Origin: the human T2T-CHM13v2.0 reference genome, Homo sapiens
Assembly (NCBI RefSeq): GCF_009914755.1
Contig: NC_060947.1
Direction: 5' to 3' (one strand)
Length of the DNA: 64,000 nucleotides
Below, piece after piece: positions 15,641-34,522 of the stretch. Made by a program: the position numbers and the translations under genes. How positions within the stretch are numbered: position 1 is the stretch's first letter; every line of letters starts with the position of its first letter. The notes beneath the pieces were generated by a model. It did not search any database. It was given only the letters and a program-made list of their open reading frames with translations, and was not told where the DNA came from.

Positions 15641-18245
15641 TAGTACTACTACTAATAGCAACAATATTACTTTTATTGAGCACTTACTAGATGATAGTTA
15701 CTAGTCTAAGCTCTTAACATATACTCATTCACTTAACCTCAAACAATCCTACGCAGTTGGTTACCCCTACTATTCTCACTTTAAGATGAGAAAAATGAGG
15801 CACAGAGTGGTCAAGTGAGAACCGCTGTTCTATCCATACAACTTCATAGGTGGCACACAAGTGCCTGGAATCTCTTTTGAGGCACTGCTCCAAGGAAAAT
15901 ACTCAGACCAAATTTTTTTCCACGCCTTTGGTCTGGTCTGATCCAGTTCAATCACTTAAATTAAATTCAACTCACCTAAAGTTCAGTGGAAGTAGTGGCA
16001 GGATGAGGGGGAGGTGGGATGCTTAATATGAAAGGCAGATACAATGGGAAGGAATTAAAAGGTGGGGCTTCTACCTGAGGTGGGGGCATTGGGCTCTGCT
16101 TCTTCTAAAAACTGCAGCTCTCAAGTCCTAGAAACTGCACCTCTCAAGGCAGCCACAGGATAGAGAGGATGGTGTCCATGTGGCAAAGAATACACTGTGA
16201 ATCTCGGCTGCTGGCTCATCAACCAAAAGGGCAAGTAAGAACTGAAGCAGGAGGGAGTGAGGAATGGGCTCATTTTGTCACTGTCAGAGAGAAGTGACCC
16301 TTTGTTGGTTCATCCACATACCCATCCACTCAATATTTATTGAAGTCTTACTAGGTACTAAAATGTGGGGTTCTATGTACTAGGGATACAGAGATGAAAA
16401 AGATGAGTTTCTGTCTTCAAAGAGCTCACAAATTCCAAAAATCTGTATAACCAAAGGCCCAGAAATGTATGAAGGATTCAACCCTTTGGAGACCAGAGAG
16501 TAAGTAGTTTGGTCCCCAGCAATAACAACTGGCAATGATCTCAGTGGGCAACCCGAAGTTGGAAAGTATCTTGATGTATATGCATAATATGTCAACCTTC
16601 ATTTCCCCCACCAATTTCTACATTTTTGTCTTAGAGACTCAAAATACTTTAGTGATATCCATAGCATATACAAAGCATTTGAGAAATATGGCAAAGCAGG
16701 TAAATAAAAAGTCATCAATGGAAAAAAGTTCGAATGCGATGTAACATTGAAGTGTTTAAAAACAGTAGTTAGAAACATAGTGCTTTTGGATTTCTCATTC
16801 TCATGGGTCATCTGCATATTATATGCTGCCTGCAAAGATATGCAGGACTCAAATTTCAAATCTAGGTAGAGTTTTGTCAAGGTCTGGGGCAAATGAAAGG
16901 TAGCTGGGTTTTGAGAACAAAGGAAGACTGCAGCTTGTCTTTCTTACCCTTTACCCACCCCCCATTCTATCATATATAAAGAATATATAAAATGTTACTT
17001 GGGACCTTACCAGTAGTCTTGGACTTTCAGCTAAAGCCCAAAGCTAAGGCCAAGAGGAAGTAAATGGCACTGAACCTGCTATAAAGCTGCTAGACCACTT
17101 CTCCTGGGCTTGCTGAAAGGCAGTCAAAATGGCCCTTCCATATTCACCCCAGGACCCCTCATTCTGCCTATAGAGGCAGAAGTCTGGGATTTGTAGGAGT
17201 CACAGGACTAAGAAGAGCAAGTATTTGATTATTCCCTTCTCCTTCTTGTTCGGGAGGAAAGGAGAGGGGATTGCACCCTCCCTCATACAAAGTGAAGGAT
17301 GGTAGATGCCCCAAAAGAACCACGCATTAGACACTGGAGGTGCCAGCCAGAAGAGCTCACTATCTCATTCTCTGGAGGGATGCTTGCTGAATTGTAGCAA
17401 CTTATAGGCCCACCTTGGTACACTAGAAAGGATCTCTGTGTGAGAGAGAGTCCTTGGGGCAGCTTGACATGTAGCATTTGGGGTCCTAAGCAAAAAGAGA
17501 CTGGTGCCTGCCTCTTTCATGACTGGAGGCCGCCTGGGGCAGGCCATGCTTGTAGTGTATGTTGAGTTAAGCATGTGTGTGTTTCCCATGAGTCAAGGAG
17601 ACACTGCAGAAGGTAGCCTGGCTGGAGCCATCTGGATACAGCCCTGCCCAGGAGGACAAGAGGACTCAGAAGTAAAAAGCTATGTGGTAACCCCTGGGGG
17701 CAGGGGACGAGAACGTTTCTGAGACCAGGTGCTGAGTATACTGACGATGCAGAAACCACACGTCTGCAACTCAGGACAGAGCCAACACTGGGGTGTCTGC
17801 CACACCAAGGGCATCAACAGCCAAGAGGGAACTGAATGTCTGAGGTACATTATAGAACATGCTGTTTAAGTGGTTCTTTTTCTTTCCCACGACCAGACTC
17901 GGGTTCTCTGACATTAGGTAATAGCCCCTAGCGTGAGGCTGAGTACATAGTAGTGTTTAAGAAATGCTTCCTCTAGAAAAAATAAGTATTATATTTGGAC
18001 TAGTACATAGAAATTGTAAATAGATTTAAAAAAAATTCAGAGTAACATAAAATAAACACACCAGGAATATTTATTTCAGCTTGTTTCTTTAGGAACCAGA
18101 TATTATTTCTCTTCGATCCTGCATGTGCAGTTAAAAACTTTCCCTCAAAATTAAGAAATGTGTTTTGACTATATTTAATTCTTTCTTTTGTATCTTTTAA
18201 GTCTGACTTACTTTATACAACTTTCAAGGTAAAAGAGACCTTAGG

Positions 18246-19144
<899 letters not shown>

Positions 19145-19164
19145 TCAGGATCCTAATCCTATCC

Positions 19165-19360
19165 TGGCAAGATAGGAAATATTTTAGGCTTTGCAGGCCA
19201 TATGATCTCTGTCACAGCCACTAAACCCTGTTGTGTTGTATGAGGGCGGCTGTTAATAATCCATAAATGAATGAGCATGGCTGTGTTCCAATAAAACTTT
19301 ATTTACAAAAACAGGTGGCCAGCTGGATTTGGCCTGAGGGCCATAGTTTGTGAATCCCTG
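19165..19360. mobile_element. MER58A-like DNA transposon
   Basis: aatattttaggctttgcaggccata ... aataaaactttatttacaaaaacagg ... tagtttgtgaatccctg. Confidence 0.75.
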
Positions 19361-20768
19361 CTCTAGAAGCTTAAATTCAAGTTATATTGGAATGACAAAA
19401 TGTATTTCCTTTTGCTATTTGCTTTCCTGAAATTTGAAGGTATCAGGTGTATTTGTAAAGCTGAGGTGTGAAGGGGGAGGAAGAGAGAAGGAAGAATGTT
19501 AATAAATTATCCCTAGAGGGAAAACAAGAATGAATCTGTTACTGTTTACTCTCTTTTTCTAATGAAATTATCATTACCCAAATTCAGCACTTTTTATTAA
19601 AAAAAACAAAAAACAAAAAACATGTACACACAACACCAGGGCAAAACAAGGAAATGTGAACAGCTGCAAGGGAAACAGACTGTCTCATATTGTCTCACAG
19701 ATAGGCCTGCTCTCTGCAAATCTCTGGTACTGAGTCAGATATGACCACACATACCTACACCGACACGCTTCATTCATCTTTCTGTCTTAGGAAGTGTCGC
19801 CACAGTTCCATAAAGAGAACACATTCTACATTTGACATGGGTTTTCAAATGAAGCAGAATAAACTTGGTAGTGATATTAAATTCAAATCTCCTGAGATTG
19901 TACTTTCAAACATAAAGATGATAAAATCAGTTAATATGTCACCTTTTATTTACATTCAAAGCACTAAATCAAGTTTCATTTTTTATCATACTCATTATAT
20001 CACATTATCTTCTGATTTCTTAGTTATCAAATAGAAACCTGTGTTTTGCTCATAGTTTATGTGCAGTATTTATCAAGATCAACATTTAAAATGGAATGCA
20101 TGGTAAGAAGCTATAAAATAATTATCACTGAGTTGTATGTCCCACTAACTTTTTTTGCACAGAGAAAACCAAATCTAAGGACCAGAATGTATACTGTTTC
20201 AGACAAGTTGATAACTTTTGCAACTATACTGTAGGCATAGGCTTGTAGGGTTGCAAAGAACATTGATGTTCATTAGCAACCATCATCTTATCACTTACTT
20301 TATAGATACTGAAGAAGTTTCCTGCTGGAAAAGAATGAAAGTTTGCAAGAATCAAATATTTAGCTGCAAAATATTTAATGAATGTGTCTGTGATGATCCT
20401 AATAAAACAGATAATAACAGTGTGCACGGAATTACACTGTGTAGCAATAATGACCATTGAAATAACTTGTTCTGGAAACACTGACTATCTTATTAAGAAC
20501 TTTCTTCAGTTTCTGTGAATTACGTGGGTAAATAGGAACAAAGTTTCAATGTCACATCTTTTCAGTGAACTGAGCAGATCAGCCATCAATACATAACAGG
20601 TATTTTCTCATATACATTTGAAATTGAGCAAAATATTAGGGAAAGCTGATTTAATACTGAAACACAGAGAACTGATATTCAATTACTGTACTGGAACTGA
20701 TTTTCTGAAGTTGGAGATCACAGAAAACTTTGTAAGATCTAAAAATCTATTTTTCTTGCTCAAGTTTA

Positions 20769-21589
<821 letters not shown>

Positions 21590-23789
21590 GGAAGAACTTC
21601 TATAACCTGTCCTTCTTACAAATCTAAACACAATTCTGTATCATTGGGATATTACAAGTTACAAAAAGAAATCAAAATCACTCAGGCCATTTTTCTTTTT
21701 TGACGTGCAAAGAATGCCTATCCTACCTGCACCAAAAATTGTTTTTCTTGAAATTTTATATTCTACAAAATTGCTAAAAATCAATTTATTTTAAATAGTT
21801 GAAAGCACTCAAATAATAGTCATACAGATGACTATCTGCATGGAGATAGCAAACTCCATTCATTTGAAGGGAATTCATTTGAAGATTTCATTTCATTCAT
21901 TTTGAAAATTTTACAAATCTTACACTAAATTTGTTTCTCATCTTAAAAAGTGTGTAAATTCCTAAATCTAGTGACTGAAATCAAGGAGCAAGAGTTCCAC
22001 CCTGGAATTTAGATTTTCCCTGGACTAAGGTTCAGGGCTGCTCCCAATACCATGGCCCAGTTTGTACTACATAACTCAAGTTGAAGATGGACATGTAATG
22101 GACAACTGCTTACTGTATTTAATGGCCAAGAAGAATGTTCCTGGATGCTCTTGAGTTAGGTGTTCCGGGAAAGCTTTAGTTTAATAGCTTAGCAGTGAAA
22201 TGCTAACTTAAATCAAGTTTTAGTAAAATCATGATGGGGAATATATCCTTACTTGAAGGTGCAAGAAGGAGTGCAGCTGGCCTAGTAATACGCTGCTCTA
22301 AATCCATTATTAAAGTTTTCTTCTGTCAGCAAAAAAGGCAATTAAAAAATCAGTACATCTGGGCCAGTACAAGATTTCCTGAAAAAGCTGCAAAAATCCT
22401 TTGGATCCTGACAGCAAAAGAACCTCTAAGGAGGCCCTTGTTTTGTTTAGGTTTTATTTGTCTGTATACAGGGCTGCTTTTGTTCTAATCCTATTAGAAC
22501 ATCGCACTTACAGGGATTTATTTTTGAATTCAAGAAATTAAGACTTGCTTGACCTCCTAGTTCAATCCAAGAAGACTGTGCCTTTGGTGGCCTAACAACA
22601 TAGGCCAGTGTGGCAGATTTCTGGTCAGTTGGCAGCTATTTCTGAGAAACTCAAACACTGGCCTCAGATGACCTAGCTTGACTGTTCTCTATGCCTTTTT
22701 CAAGTGGTCAAATAACTCTAAAATTAAGCCCTGTAAAACACAAATCATAATGCCTATTCTTGAGCAAAAGAAAGCATGAGGAAAAAAACCAGTTACATGA
22801 TATAATATAGGCAGATTTTATCTTGTTTTAATAAAATCTTCTGAAATACGGTACTTTTTAGTATCAGATACAAGAGCTTGCCCAACTATGAGAAATTTTC
22901 ACTATGATATTAATTTCCTTTCTATTTTTTTAAAGTGTTAAAATCACATTTCCTAGCTTGGCTCTTCTTAAGCAACTACAAGAGTTAAATGATATTTACA
23001 TTAAATGAACATACAATTATTAATGTGCTGCTTTAAAAGGTAACATTTATGTTACATTAGGTGTGTCAGATAATATTTTATTTAATTATTTTTGGCTTTT
23101 GCTACCTTTTTTATTTTGCATAGGTAAACACCAAGCATTTGTACTTGGTGTAGCTGTAGCAAAAATGAATTTCTGTCATGAAAAATTTAAAGAGAATAGC
23201 ACAAAGGCAGTCTGGCAGAAGAGTTTTATGAGATCATGTTTGAAGGGCCACAAAGAGAAGAAAACAGCTATGTTCTTGGATTATGAATGCTGCAAGCCAC
23301 TCCATCGAACATTCTTTAACTGAGCATATCACATTCCTTTCTAGGGGGAAACCCCTCCTTTCCTTGAGCATAGCATAAAGAAGAATCAGTGCTTGTTGTA
23401 CTTAGAAGGCTTTCTGCAAATTCCTTTGCCTTTTGGTAAAGTTGATCATGGTGTCATAAAAAGAGAATGGCACTCAGTGGGTAACACTGATACTGGTGAC
23501 AAGCTGATTCATTATTCTTGGTATTCTAGAGTAAATTCTAAACCCTGCTTTAAGAAGTAATTTATCTGAACAAATAAGGGAATTGGAGGGACTTCCGTAG
23601 TCATTAATACTTTCAGTGGAAATCACACATTCCTTCACGAAGATGTATAGCATAAGATTTAACTTGCATCCTAGAAAGAGTAATTGTGTGGAGATGGAAC
23701 GAGGCAGAATTCCCTACGATTAGACAGCCTTATTCTGAGAATTTGGTTTTTCCTAGTACATAATTATCAACCACAAAACATCAATATTG

Positions 23790-24215
23790 GATGAGTAGAC
23801 AAACAAAATGTACTATACACACACGATGGAATATTATTCAGCCTTAAAAAGGAAGAAAATTCTAACACATGCTACAACATGGATGAACCTTGAAGATATC
23901 ATGCTAAATGAAATAAGCCAGACACAAAAGGGCAAATACTGGATAATTTCACTTATATACGTGGTACCTAGAGTAGTCAAATTCATAGGGACAGAAAGTA
24001 GAAGGGTGGTTGCCAGGGGCTAAGGAGAGGGGTGAATGGGAGTCAGTATTTAATGGGTACAGACATTTAGTTGGGAAAGATGAAAGAGTTCTGGAGATGG
24101 ATAGTGATGATGGTTGTATAACAATGTGAATATACTTAATGTCATTGAACTGTACACTTAAACATGGTGCAAGTGGCAAATTTTATGTTATATATATCTT
24201 GCCACAACAAAAAAG
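23790..24215 (+). mobile_element. L1M (MB-like) 3' end
   Basis: atggaatattattcagccttaaaaagg, catggatgaaccttgaa, ctgtacacttaaa and an A-rich tail. Confidence 0.85.
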
Positions 24216-24624
24216 ACCAAAAAATTGATGTTAAAAAAGTATCAAAAAGCTGTGAATTTTTGGAAATGGCAAATATGTACTTGAATGTAGAAGGAATGAA
24301 CTAAAATAAGTTGCTCTAAGGTGTCTTCCATATTGAAAATCTATAAAGTTATGTAATTCATAACATTTTCAAACAAAAAACACAATTTGGACTTCTTCCA
24401 TAAGGCACAACTACACGCTGGTTAATAAAACAGTTCTTGGGAGAAAAAACCATATTTAGTATTTTTGAATCAGTGGTAAATTCTTAGCCACAAAGCTAAA
24501 TTTTAATTTAGTGTAATGGCCCTGTGAAATCTAGTGGGATGATAGTAAATTTATATAGTTGTACAACCACCATCTCAATCCAGCTTAAGAACATTTCCGT
24601 AATCCCCCCAAATTCCCTTGTGTC

Positions 24625-25597
24625 ACATCTAAGAACTCTTTGCCTAACCCAAGGTAATGAAGATTTATTCCTATATTCTTTTAAAAGTTTTATAGTTTTA
24701 AGCTCTTAAAGTGAATCTATGATCCATTTTGAGGCAATTTTCTTTTGTGTATGGTATGAGACAGGGTCTAAGTTCATTTCTTGCATATGGATCTCCAACT
24801 GCTCCAGGACCATTTGAAAAAAAAAGACTATCCCCCTTTCCATGTAATTGCATTGGCAATCTTGTTGAAAATAAATTGACCATAAAGGTGAGGGTTTATT
24901 TCTGGACTCTTTTTTGTTTCAGTGATCTGTATATCTATCCTTATGCCAACACCATACTATTTTGATTATTGTAGCCTTATAGTAAGTTTTGAAATCAGTT
25001 ATCCAATTTTTTTCTTTTTCAAAATTGTTTTGGCATTTTTATATAAATTTTAGGATCACCTTGTTGACTTCTACAAAGAAATCCTACTGGGATGTTGATA
25101 GGGACTGCACTGAATCTATAGATCAATGTGGAGAAAAGCGCCATCTTAACAATATTAAGTCCTCCAATCCAACAGTATATCTCTGCTCATTTATTTAGAT
25201 CTTTCTTTCATAGCATTTTTTAGTTTTCAGTATACAAATCCTACATTTTTTTTGTTCAATTTATTCCTATTTTATTCTTTTTATAATATTGTGAATATTT
25301 CTTTAATTTTATTTTTGGGTTATTTTTTGCTCACATATAGAAATTTAGATAATGTGTGTATATTAATCTGGTATCTTGTGACCTTGCTAAGCTTGCCTAT
25401 AATGCTATTAGATTTTTTGTGGATTCCTTAGTATTTTCTACATGCAAGATAACAACTCTGGGAAAGGATGATATTACTTCTTCCTTTCCAATCTTCATGC
25501 CCTGAATTTCTTTTTCTTGTCTTAGCTGCACTGGCCAGAGTCTCTGGGACAATGGTGAATAGAAGTGGGGAGTGGACAATCCTCATCTTGTTCCTGG
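24625..25597 (-). mobile_element. Degenerate L1M ORF2 fragment
   Basis: Antisense L1 motifs tttatagttttaagctctta, gaatctatagatcaa and cctcatcttgttcctg. Confidence 0.75.
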
Positions 25598-25647
25598 TTC
25601 TATCAGTTTTCTATTGCTGCTTAACAAAGAACCATATGCTTAGCGGC

Positions 25648-27900
25648 TTTTTTTTTTTTTTTTTGCTAAGTTTATTGACATTTATTTACATTAAGAAAGA
25701 AGGAAAAATACTTTGAGAATATTCACGACATATGGTATTTCTAGCTTTCAGGTATTTTGTTTCATGCCGTACTTTTACACTGACAATACTACTTCAATAC
25801 ATGGAGAGAAACAGATATGGGAGGTTTTGCCCCTCCAGTTAGAAAACAGTGGAGAGACACTCAAATTCAAAGGGAACAGCAATGCGCTTCAGTCTACAGC
25901 CCCAGGAGGCAAGAAGCACAAAGACCACCACCACTGGGCAGGGGCCCACTGTGCAGCTGGTTTCATAATTGCCAAAGCTGACTCTTAAGACTGGATGGGG
26001 CCCTGAGAAATTACTAGTAGCTCATCCTCTGAAGGTCCTCAGATAGGCTTTATTATTCTAGACATTTAAATGCAAATTGGCTGGACTACAAATTCTTGGG
26101 AAACTTAGCTTTGGCATTTCCTGATTGGCAATCTCTTTAAATATCCAAACCTAACATTGTATTTAACTTACTTCTCAGACCCCAAATTGCTCAAAAACAT
26201 TATCTCCAGATTATTGTAGAAGTTCCATCTTTTTCCTTTAGGAAACTTCTGAGTTCTAAAAATAAGCTCTTCTAAATATGGCTACTAATTTAATGTCATC
26301 TCAAAAAAGCGAAATAGTAAATCAAGAATTGTAGTTTTCCATGGCTAACTCCAGGCCAGATGGAAAAATGCTAACTCTCCCTAAACGGTAAAAAATTATA
26401 ATAAAGATGTTGGCCATACAAAATATGAAAGATTCCAAGTATCAGTTAATTGCTAATGCAATATTTAAAAGTTACTAAGTCTATTATAAAAGTCTACTTA
26501 TAAATTAATATTATAAAGACTCCTAAATTAATTGCTACTGCAATTTTAAAAATTCATCAATAAATTGCTATATTAATCTAATCACCCATTATATTTTCAG
26601 AAACCACAATTTTAAGACTTCTTACAAAAATAATCTTAATTAGGTGGGGGCATTTACTATGGAAACAGCAGTGCGTAACAAATGCTAACAGCTGTTCAGA
26701 GGTATGACAGATGGCCAGTTAATGTTTAAAACTTAGTTGTCAAAGTTTGGCAGAGAGATGTGTCATTTAACAATGTTTTGTAACACTGGTGATTTACAAA
26801 CTAAACATTTATTATTTTAATAGGAAAATTTATACTAGAAACTGAGAAGACTGAAAACTACTACCAAATAATATTTGTAAAATGTTTTTAATCCAAAAAA
26901 CATGGCTTTTCAGTCCATCAAAAACTCACCCACCCACTGACCTTCCAATGTATCACATACAAATTCCAATCCATAACTGATTCAAAATATCATTACAAGA
27001 CATAAATAACACTTTAACACCAATTCCCAATAAAGCATAATTAATGGATGACAGGGTAACATTTCATTATTTTATATTAGATTTGTGTAATTTGCACTCA
27101 CACGTGAAGAATTAATTCAGGGTTAAATCAGTTTTCCATGCTGTACTGGGGTGAATATTGTCCCTCACTCAAAATTTATGTTTACCCAGAACCTCAGAAT
27201 GTGACCTTATTTGGAAATAAGTGTCTTTATAGATGTAATTAATTAAGATGATGTCATACTAGATTAGGGTGTCCAATGACTGGTGTCCTTCTAAGAAGGC
27301 CATGTAAATACACAGACACACACGCACAGAGAATGACATGTGATGACGGAAAAAGAGACTGGAATGATGCATCTACAAGTCAAGGAATGACAAGGATTGC
27401 AGGCAACCACCAGAAACTGGAAAAGACAAGGAAGGATTCTTCCCTGGATCCTTTGGAGGGAGCATGCCCCTGCCAATGCCTTGATTTAGGACTTTCCAGC
27501 CTCCAGAACTATGAGACAATCAATTTCTGTTGTTTTAAGCCACACAACTTGTGGTACTTTGTTATGGCAGTCCTAGCAAACTAATGTCAAATTGTACTTT
27601 ACTAATTGATCTATACATTTCATACGAAGATCATCTTAGCACCAGTGCTTTTAATTTTTAAATACAGGCATACTGCAACAAGCTGGACCAAGCAGTTCCT
27701 CATGCCTCTGTATTTCTTCCCACAAAATGAGAAGCTGCATATGTGTGCCAGGCTGGAACCACTTGGATAGCAAATATTTAGAGTTTTCTGTATCAGTTTC
27801 TAACTACAGATTAAACTAAATGTGTTTTACTCAAATTCAAAGGTTTTCAGAAAGCATTTCCCTTTCAGTAGAATCACAGTACTTCTCCATTTTAATGTAA
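25648..27900 (-). pseudogene. Putative retrocopy of a long 3'UTR; distal boundary uncertain
   Basis: T17 at 25648-25664, then two minus-strand AATAAA (25671-25676, 25681-25686) and AT-rich sequence with no recognisable repeat; abruptly truncates an MLT-like end; no TSD found. Confidence 0.5.
27142..27589 (+). mobile_element. MLT1 (ERVL-MaLR) solo LTR, MLT1B/C-like
   Basis: cctcagaatgtgaccttatttggaaataa ... cagcctccagaactatgagacaat ... gttatggcagtcctagcaaactaat. Confidence 0.8.
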
Positions 27901-28244
27901 ATGTTTCAGTTTGGCAGTTTTGTTTCCTGTAAACAAATTCTAATAATGCTTCTTCAAATTTTGAGCTTGTTATTATTTTAAGAACATGACTAGAAAAAAT
28001 AAAGAAGTCATAGATAATCTTTAGTTTTTCTTAGGAACTTAATCCTGTTTCTTTTTGTCAGCCTTAAAATTATGGCTTCATACCTAGCTATTTAGAATGT
28101 TATTGAGTTAACAGAAATAACATAAAAATGGTAAAGATATTTCCTAAAATGGCTCAGTGGGATTAATTAGCCTTAATTAATTCATGGTCCATAAAACTAT
28201 GCCCCCTGGGTGTCCCTACTTGGAATCCTTAAAAAGGAATTCAT

Positions 28245-29915
<1,671 letters not shown>

Positions 29916-30579
29916 CTTATACTGCACCTTTTTAATAGGCATGGTTCATTTTCAGTCCAACAGCTCCTCTTTCAAATTGACCTGCACTGACAGGGCAGAT
30001 GCCAATAAGGCAGATACTTCTTTATAATGTAAACAAATGCAAAGGAAAGTTAAGTATGTTTTTCTCACTAACATCTAAGAATCTCTTCTGAAATTGTGAC
30101 AATTTATACCAAACAGTGCAGCAGTTATTCGTGTCTGAATAGCTGCCCCTTTCCTTGTGTAAGCCAGTAATGTTCCTGCTTCTCCCCTGCAATCTCAAGC
30201 TTGATGTGCTCAGATACCTTGCTATATCAGTAAGAAAAAATACAACTTTGAAACCAATTTGGGCTTCTCTCAGTGTTTAAATTACAAAAAGTCTTTGTTA
30301 CAAAAAGTCCTTGATTCAAAAGAAGGTCAGTAAATCTACCTGGCAATGACCTAAGCACTGACCACAATAAAATAAACAAAATCTCCACACACTGCTGTAG
30401 CCTTTTCTAAATATTGCACTAACTAGTTCTAGTAAAGGGTATAAACTTCAGTGGGAAATACACAATTGTGAAAACTTTCTGCAGCAATGACAGTGAATAG
30501 ATACTACTTAAGATAAATTACACTAAAGAGAAGACCCAATTCCTTATCTTCCTGAGCACATTTCTAAACTACGTTCCTC

Positions 30580-30912
30580 AGCTCTCACATCCAGGTGAGC
30601 ACGTGACTAGCAGTTGCCAAAGAATGTGAGATAAACCCATTTCCAAGCTTGACCCTGCAAGATTCTCCATGTTCTCTCTTCTCTCATTTGCTGGCTAGGT
30701 ACAAAGGATACAGTAGAAGATTCCAAGACCCTGGGAAATAGCAGTGTGACCTAGTGGAAGAGGCCTGGGTCTCTGAATGACGGTGTGGAAAAGACCTCCC
30801 TCATCTACCTGCATTGGACTGTGAAGTGAGCAAGAAGTAAACTTCTATTCTGTTAAGCCACTCAAATTTTAGAATCACATGTTATAACAGTTAGTCAGCC
30901 CTAATTAATATG
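30580..30912 (+). mobile_element. Old MLT1 (I/J-like) LTR fragment
   Basis: ggaagaggcctgggtctctgaatgac ... taaacttctattctgttaagccact. Confidence 0.6.
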
Positions 30913-31978
30913 TACACTATATACAAAGGCCAAACTAGCCATGAAAATCTGATAATTAATTTGAACTGACCACATTTGGGGAAAGAAGCAACTGTTAGAT
31001 ACCTACGGCTGCATTTAGTGTAAAGCTGAAGCATAATGCAACAAACACTCTTAGCTGAGCTTTTCCCAAACTGGTCCTCATCAAAACAGAACTCAACAGG
31101 ATTGTGAATAAAAGTTCTGTGCCCAAATTAGTTTGAGAAATGCTGATAAAGAAAGTTAAAAAGGTTTCTTTGCTTTAGATCATCTCAGAGCTATCAATAT
31201 ACCAACACCCATTGTGGATCTGTATAAAAAGACTAAAGAATGTAGCATTTCCCAAACTTATTTAGTCAATAAATAATTTAACCAATAAATTTAAGATCTA
31301 CTTCCCCCTCCCACCATGGCAACACCCATAGCAACCTCCCAGAGCCATGCTCTGTAGAACACATTCTGGGAAATTTTGCTTTAGCTTCATTTACATCATA
31401 TGGTGAATTATTCAGCACCAAACAGTTCTAGGCACCCCAAAGCAAGTATGATTCTCTCATTAAGGGAAGATTTTTCTTGTAAAAAGACTAACATGTTCAA
31501 ATACCATCGAAACCACCCAAGAGTTTTCATTGCTGAAGTGAACCAAGTTCTCTAAGAAAGGTATTTTACTTAAAATGTGACTGAAATGAAAATGGTCAGC
31601 TTCTGTTTTTTCCTTTGTATCCCAGTCTGCTGTCAGTGGAGCCTGTAATATTTAAAGATGGAGTATATGCTTATGTTTTAAGGAGAAGACATTGAATCTA
31701 TGGAACAAAACAATGTTAAATATGAAATGTGTGTGGGAATACAGCCTATTGCAAAGTATCTCATTTGCTTTTCTCTCTCCTATACTCATGCTGGAGGTAT
31801 AATGTTTTAAAGTAATGTGCAAAGCAATAAAAAGTAATCACAGCTAACCTCAATGGATTCTTTTAACAGAAATACAAGATAATTCAGTAAAGTAGGATTG
31901 TACTCTACTCTTTTTTAAAACTCACATACCACTTGCATGCATTATGTACATATAATTTATAAATATAAAGATATATAA

Positions 31979-32780
<802 letters not shown>

Positions 32781-32788
32781 AATATTCA

Positions 32789-33001
<213 letters not shown>

Positions 33002-33911
33002 CTAACTTTTTAAACCTAAATCTTACACTTAAGAACAATGAATTCATATCAGAACTTCAAAGGCTAGTGTCTTTACTGAAGGATAGACTTAAATGAGTTT
33101 CATATAATTTAAGGACACAGTATTTTCAGAGAGTTCATGTTCTTATTAATGTATTTGTGTGCTCTTCATTTTTCAGAGGAAACTGCAGCTTATCTTCTTT
33201 GAATTAATGAAATTTATCAAGTATAACCTAAGCACTAGAAGATCTGGACACAGCAAGTTTTATGTCAGGAAGAGAGTATGGGTTTCAGGACTCCAAGATG
33301 TTCTGAAATATTATAGAAACGAGGTTGGCCTTTTACCCAGGTGCATTCCATCAAGAACTGAAGGTAAAGCCAGCTGTAGATACAGGGAACAGACCTTCAA
33401 CTGGGAACTCCTGCTGCTTAAAATAGGCTTCTTAGTTTTTAAGACTTGAACTTTAGTTAACAAAAATCCCAGTCCACTCCTTTTTTTTTCCTTTACATAC
33501 AGACTCAAGAGATCCAAAGTCATTCTCATTCTGTTTTACTCTTACCCTTCTTACTCAGAAGATAAAGACAAAGTATAGGGACGCTGACTGACACTTCCAA
33601 ATACCATATTAAATTTCAAGGCAAATCATTTTTGTAGGGCAAAGCAAATGGAAGTGCCATCACTTTAAGTTTCTTCTCATAACCAGGAAACCAGGCAGAT
33701 GTCAGTAGGGAAAGATACACAATGAGGAGTAACAAAGCCATTTACACAGCCTTAAAAAAAAGATCAGCCTCTTTTACATTGCAGGCAATATGCAGAATAC
33801 ACATATATACTCCACAAAAAAAGAGCTCCAAGGAGCTAAGCTTCAGAACATTAGTACACAGTAGAGAAACTCTAAGAATAAGTGTCTCATTGCACATTTA
33901 AGTCTTTGGAT

Positions 33912-34129
33912 CAGTGGTTCTCAACCAGGGGCAATTTTGTTACCCAGGTGGACATTTCCCAATGTTTAGAGATATTTTTGGTTGTTACAACTACAGCGGG
34001 AGGGCAGCTATTGCTATCTAGTGGGTAGAGGTCAGGGATGCTGCTAAACATCCTACAATACCCAGGACAGCCCCCACAACAAAGAATTATCTGGCCCAAA
34101 ATGTCAGTAGTGCTGTGGTTGAGAAATTA
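33912..34129. mobile_element. MER20 DNA transposon
   Basis: cagtggttctcaacc ... ggatgctgctaaacatcctacaat ... ggttgagaaa. Confidence 0.85.
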
Positions 34130-34522
34130 TATTTTTGATAAAGATAAAAATCTTTATGCTCCAGAACTCTGTTTCTAATTCTTCCTGACTTAGACCTTAT
34201 CCATTCTCATGCAATTATTGGTGAGAATATATATCAGTACCACTTTTCCAGAAAGCAATCTGGTAACATATATCAAAAAGCCTTAAAAATGTTCATGCAC
34301 TTCGATTTAGTAATTCCATTTACAAAAACCCACCTTAAGGAAAAAAATGGAAGATTTATATATAATGATATTATCATACAAAATGGAAAATAAATCTAAT
34401 AGAGGATGATTACGTAGGTTATAGAATATCCATATAATGGAATATGTAGCCAAATGAAAATTGTTTTTGAAGAATTTCAAAGACACAGAGAAATCTTCAT
34501 GATATAGAATTCAAGAAAGCAG

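Noticed and set aside
22100-23780. Repeat-free stretch that might be a conserved enhancer
   Set aside because: No motif architecture can be defended without conservation or chromatin data
30282-30313. 16-bp tandem repeat ttacaaaaagtc(t/c)ttg
   Set aside because: Real but an ordinary slippage duplication
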